Positions 60,689 to 64,000 of a stretch of 64,000 nucleotides of DNA are shown here, piece after piece. The position numbers and the translations under genes are program-made. Where the stretch lies: assembly GCA_937891735.1 (NCBI GenBank), contig CALAGR010000064.1, forward strand, positions 26,723-90,722, read 5' to 3'. This DNA is from an uncultured Pseudomonadota bacterium (GTDB lineage Bacteria; Myxococcota_A; UBA796; UBA9615). The notes beneath the pieces are model-generated. The model did not search any database and was not told the DNA's origin. It saw only the letters and a list, made by a program, of their open reading frames with translations. Position 1 is the stretch's first letter, and every line of letters starts with the position of its first letter.

Positions 60689-61420
60689 ATGCGTTGCCTT
60701 GCCTTCTTGTCCCTCTCGCTCCTTGTCCCCCTTCAGCCCGGATGCATCGGACCCGCCGCCGACGTCGCCGCCAACGGGGTGGTCGTCGCCGCCCCCAGCA
60801 ACCCCGCCTGGACGCAGTACGTCGGCAGCTTCCAGGCTGGCGTGGCCCTGGCGCGCCCCGTGTCGATCACGGACCTCGAGTCCAACCTCGTCGCCGCCAG
60901 CAGCGTGTGGTTGGAGGTGGACGGAGCCGTCGCCGAGCTCGCCGAGGAGGGCACCGGCCTGTACGCCTACGACGGCGGCCCCGTCGCGCTCCCAGAGGGA
61001 GCCGAGGTCGCGCTGTTCGCGGTCGTCGATGGGGTCATGGGCTCGGTCTCGGTCGCCGCCCCTGCCCCGCCGGACCTGAGCGGCCTGCCCCAGGACCACG
61101 ACGCGTCCACCGACCTCGTCATCGACCTGCGCGGCCTGGACATCACGCTCGCCTATGGGACGGTCGTCGATGTGCAGGGCAACCTCATCTACGACGACCG
61201 ACCCAGCGGCGCGGACGACGTCCTGCTGGACCTGCGGGACGCCCGGGAAGAGCTGAACTACGTCCTGCCCGCCGAGATCTTCGAGCCGGGCACCGTGTAC
61301 TCGGTGGCGCTGACCGGGATCCGGGCCGCGCAAGGGCGGGACTACAGCAACCTGGAGGCCTTCTGGTCCAACTACGGCGTCGGCTCGGTCGGAGCCGGAG
61401 TGCTCGCCACCGCGCCCTGA
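60689..61420 (+). CDS. hypothetical lipoprotein
   Basis: ATG 60689 lies inside track ORF 60422..61420. The lipobox is LQPGC and the body is beta-rich. Confidence 0.65.
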   Translation: MRCLAFLSLSLLVPLQPGCIGPAADVAANGVVVAAPSNPAWTQYVGSFQAGVALARPVSITDLESNLVAASSVWLEVDGAVAELAEEGTGLYAYDGGPVALPEGAEVALFAVVDGVMGSVSVAAPAPPDLSGLPQDHDASTDLVIDLRGLDITLAYGTVVDVQGNLIYDDRPSGADDVLLDLRDAREELNYVLPAEIFEPGTVYSVALTGIRAAQGRDYSNLEAFWSNYGVGSVGAGVLATAP

Positions 61421-61449
61421 CCAACACGCGGCGCCCCCCTGAGGGCTCC

Positions 61450-62886
61450 TCAGCGAACACCTCGCTGGCGCACCACCTGGACGGCCTTCCACAGGTCCTT
61501 GCCATCCAGCACCACGAGCCCCAGGGCGAAGACCACGCCCAGCCCCAGCCGCACCGGCAGGGTCGCGCCGTGGCCCGCCCACAGGATCGTCGCCACCAGC
61601 GCGAACAGCACCGCCGCGTGCCCGTACTTGAACGGGATGGCCCGCGCGCGTCGACCCAGGATCCCCGCCAGCACCACGCTGACCCCGAAGGACACGGCCG
61701 TGCCCCAGGCCGCGCCGATCGCCCCGTGCTCGGGGATCCACATCATGTTGAGCACCACGTTGAGCCCCGCCGCCGGCAGCGTGGCCGCGGCGATCCAGCG
61801 AGCCGTGGACTTGTTGGCCATGACCACCGCCACCACCACCAGGTAGTAGTTCCGGACGAAGTTGCCGCCCACCAGGACCGGCACCACCGCCGCCGCGTCC
61901 GCGTAGCTGTCCGGTCCGGCGATGGCGACCAGCTCCGGCGCGAGCAGCCCCACCCCCACCGACACGCACGCCACCATCGACACGGCGAAGAACGACAGCA
62001 CCCGCACGCGGCTCCAGCCCCGCGCCGCGGCGTCCTGATCCTCTCGGAAGAAGAACGGGAGCCAGGCCTTCTGCATGCCCATCGCGATCATGAACACGAC
62101 GCTCGCCAGCTTCGCCGCCAGCTCGTAGATCCCCACCGCCCCCAGGCCGTGGTAGGCCGCCAGCAGCGTGCGGTCCGTCGCCAGGAAGATCACGCTGGCC
62201 AGCCCGTGGGGCAGGATCGGCAGCCCGTAGGCCAGCGACTCCCGCAGCACGGTCCGATCGAGCACCCCCAGCCGCACCCCCGCGGGCAGCATGCGCCAGC
62301 CCTGCCAGGACCCGACCGCGAACGACACCGCCGTGGCGGTCAGGATCGCCTCGGCCTTCCAGTGCGCGCCCAGCAGCAGCGCCAGCGCCACCGCCATCAA
62401 GACGAGCCAGCGCGCCACGCTCAGCGTCGTATGCGCGCGGGCCTGGCGGCTGAACTGCAGCCACGACAGCACCATCTGGAAGACCGCGCTCCCCACCACC
62501 GTCGCCAGACCCGCCACCCCCAGGGGCCACAGGCTCAGCCCGCCCACCAGCGGGAGAATCCACGGCCAGCCCACCGCCGCCAGCACGGTCAGGCCCGCCG
62601 TCGCGGCCACCACCCACGTCAGCTGGGTGCTGAGCAGCACCCGCAGTTTCTCAGTGTCGCCCTCCGCGTCCGTGCCGAGCCGAAGCAGCGCGTGGCTCTG
62701 GGACATCATGCCGAGGATCGTCAGCAGGTTCGCCACCGCCAGCACCACGCCGACCGCCCCGTACTCCTCCTTCGTCAGGAGCGAGGTGTACAGCGGGATG
62801 AGCAGGAAGTTGCCGGCCCGCAGCAGGATCAGGCCCGCGGTGTAGATCCCACCCTCGCGGAACAGGCGGAGGCCGGCGGAGCTCAA
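61450..62886 (-). CDS. Wzx-like polysaccharide/oligosaccharide flippase (MOP superfamily)
   Basis: 478 aa with ~12-14 TM helices. The N-terminal G...LL.....FLL.PLYT..L...EYG pattern is typical of polysaccharide biosynthesis flippases. Confidence 0.8.
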   Translation of the reverse strand: MSSAGLRLFREGGIYTAGLILLRAGNFLLIPLYTSLLTKEEYGAVGVVLAVANLLTILGMMSQSHALLRLGTDAEGDTEKLRVLLSTQLTWVVAATAGLTVLAAVGWPWILPLVGGLSLWPLGVAGLATVVGSAVFQMVLSWLQFSRQARAHTTLSVARWLVLMAVALALLLGAHWKAEAILTATAVSFAVGSWQGWRMLPAGVRLGVLDRTVLRESLAYGLPILPHGLASVIFLATDRTLLAAYHGLGAVGIYELAAKLASVVFMIAMGMQKAWLPFFFREDQDAAARGWSRVRVLSFFAVSMVACVSVGVGLLAPELVAIAGPDSYADAAAVVPVLVGGNFVRNYYLVVVAVVMANKSTARWIAAATLPAAGLNVVLNMMWIPEHGAIGAAWGTAVSFGVSVVLAGILGRRARAIPFKYGHAAVLFALVATILWAGHGATLPVRLGLGVVFALGLVVLDGKDLWKAVQVVRQRGVR

Positions 62887-62890
62887 GGCG

Positions 62891-64000
62891 CTACTTCAGC
62901 CCGACCAGCTTCAACAGGATCGCCTCGTCGAACGCGGCCACGTACACCACGTTCCAGCCGGCGTCGCCGCGCTTGCGCTCCGGGTCCGGCGCCACCCAGG
63001 CCAACCGGAGCGTGCGCGCCGCAGCCGGGTCCTCGTCAGCGATCAGGCGCAGGGACGGATCGATGTTGTTCGACACGCTGATCGGCAGCGCCGCCTGCTT
63101 GCGGGAGCCGTCCGTGGGCGCCACCACGAAGGGATGGCCCGCCGCGGCGTCGTCGGCGATGGCGAGCAGGTAGCGCCCCCCGGGGCCCCAGCAGTACGAC
63201 TGGGAGTCGTCGCTCACGCGCACCGCTTCGATGACCTTGATGTGCTCGTCCGCCGCCACGCCGACCTTGCCGACGAACAGGTCGTAGACCTTCGTGCCGG
63301 GGTGGGCGCGGTTGCTCAGGTACGCGTAGCGCTCGCCGTCCGGGTGCCAGCTGGGCCGCACCTCGTCGCTGTCGGGGAGCTGCAGCAGCGGGAGCTGCTC
63401 GAACCCGTCGATCTTGAACGTGAACAGGTCGCCCTGCTTGCGGTCGTACATCTCGTGCAGGACGAGCCGCTCGGTGGGGTGCCAGTCGGGCCACCGCTCG
63501 AAGTCCCGGGTCCAGGTCAGCTGCTCCGGGCGCGCGCCGGGCCGCACCTCGCTCCACCACAGATCCGTGCCCAGGGGGCTGCGCACCGTGGCGATGACCG
63601 CCGTGCCGTCGCGGGAGAAGAAGGCCTGCTCGTCGTCCCCTTCGCCGCCGAACCGCAGCTTCATGTCCTCGATGAGGATGTCGTTCCCCTCGCGCTTGTG
63701 CTTGACGATCATCGCGTTGTGCACGCCGTCGGGGTGCCACTCGAAGCCCACCAGATCCGAGAAGGAGTTCGGCCCCTCCTTCGGCTTGAAGCTCGGGTGC
63801 TTGTTGGGCCAGACCGTGCGGAACACGGCGTCCTGCACCAGCGAGCGCGCGTAGTACAGCGAGTAGATGGTGCCGCGCCGGTCCTCGCGCACGCCGTAGG
63901 CGACCCAGGTGCCCTCCGCGTTGAGCTTCGGCCCGAAGGTGCTGCCGTCGTGCAGGCCCGCGGCGACCTTGACCGCCTCGATGGATGAGCCGGCACGAGC
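62891..64000 (-). CDS. TolB-like beta-propeller protein, 5' end beyond the window
   Basis: The frame stays open upstream of the track start (GTG 63892) to the window edge (...IEAVKVAAGLHDGSTFGPKLNAEGTWVAYGV|REDRRG). Repeated W(H)PDG blades are present. Confidence 0.75.
   Translation of the reverse strand, partial: ARAGSSIEAVKVAAGLHDGSTFGPKLNAEGTWVAYGVREDRRGTIYSLYYARSLVQDAVFRTVWPNKHPSFKPKEGPNSFSDLVGFEWHPDGVHNAMIVKHKREGNDILIEDMKLRFGGEGDDEQAFFSRDGTAVIATVRSPLGTDLWWSEVRPGARPEQLTWTRDFERWPDWHPTERLVLHEMYDRKQGDLFTFKIDGFEQLPLLQLPDSDEVRPSWHPDGERYAYLSNRAHPGTKVYDLFVGKVGVAADEHIKVIEAVRVSDDSQSYCWGPGGRYLLAIADDAAAGHPFVVAPTDGSRKQAALPISVSNNIDPSLRLIADEDPAAARTLRLAWVAPDPERKRGDAGWNVVYVAAFDEAILLKLVGLK

Noticed and set aside
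1-64000. A genomic island, prophage or other mobile element.
   Set aside because: The window has no integrase, transposase, recombinase, phage structural genes, tRNA/att-like flanks or terminal inverted repeats. GC content appears uniform by eye, apart from short intergenic dips.

Overview
This is a 64-kb, roughly 70% GC, gene-dense chromosomal segment with about 55 CDS on both strands. A MYXO-CTERM-type sorting tail, MopE-like Cys/Asp repeats, many lipobox proteins and a cyclase-STAND protein suggest a Myxococcota genome; that taxonomic call is an inference. I found no rRNA, tRNA, CRISPR array, transposase, integrase or prophage genes. Many very long ORFs in the track, such as 18115-24762 on the minus strand, are Arg/Gly/Pro-rich antisense shadows of real genes and were rejected. 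Recognisable content includes korAB-type 2-oxoacid:ferredoxin oxidoreductase, three PPIases, a Rieske oxygenase, a GMC oxidoreductase pair, a halogenase-like flavoprotein, a GGDEF-EAL protein, a CrtI-like oxidoreductase, a YcaQ/AlkZ-like glycosylase, a CpxP/R/A-like module, a second two-component pair behind an ADP-forming acyl-CoA synthetase, and a Grx4-BolA pair. Four candidates stand out. (1) At 20467-26359, a tandem-cyclase-domain STAND NTPase is followed 7 nt later by a protein joining an ImmA/IrrE-like HExxH region to a cNMP-binding domain; this may be a second-messenger sensor-effector pair. (2) At 17357-20406, a GSCFA protein, a divergent isoprenoid-synthase-like protein, a 70-aa NHLP-clan-like small protein and a tightly coupled methyltransferase sit together. 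(3) A 41-bp composite palindrome occurs at two loci, 5638-5678 and 36502-36542; one copy lies upstream of a cluster of unannotated small ORFs with a coding-like GC pattern. (4) Three tandem 49-nt hairpin modules with conserved ends and covarying stems lie at 10972-11167. All functional calls come from motif recognition by eye. No database search was run.
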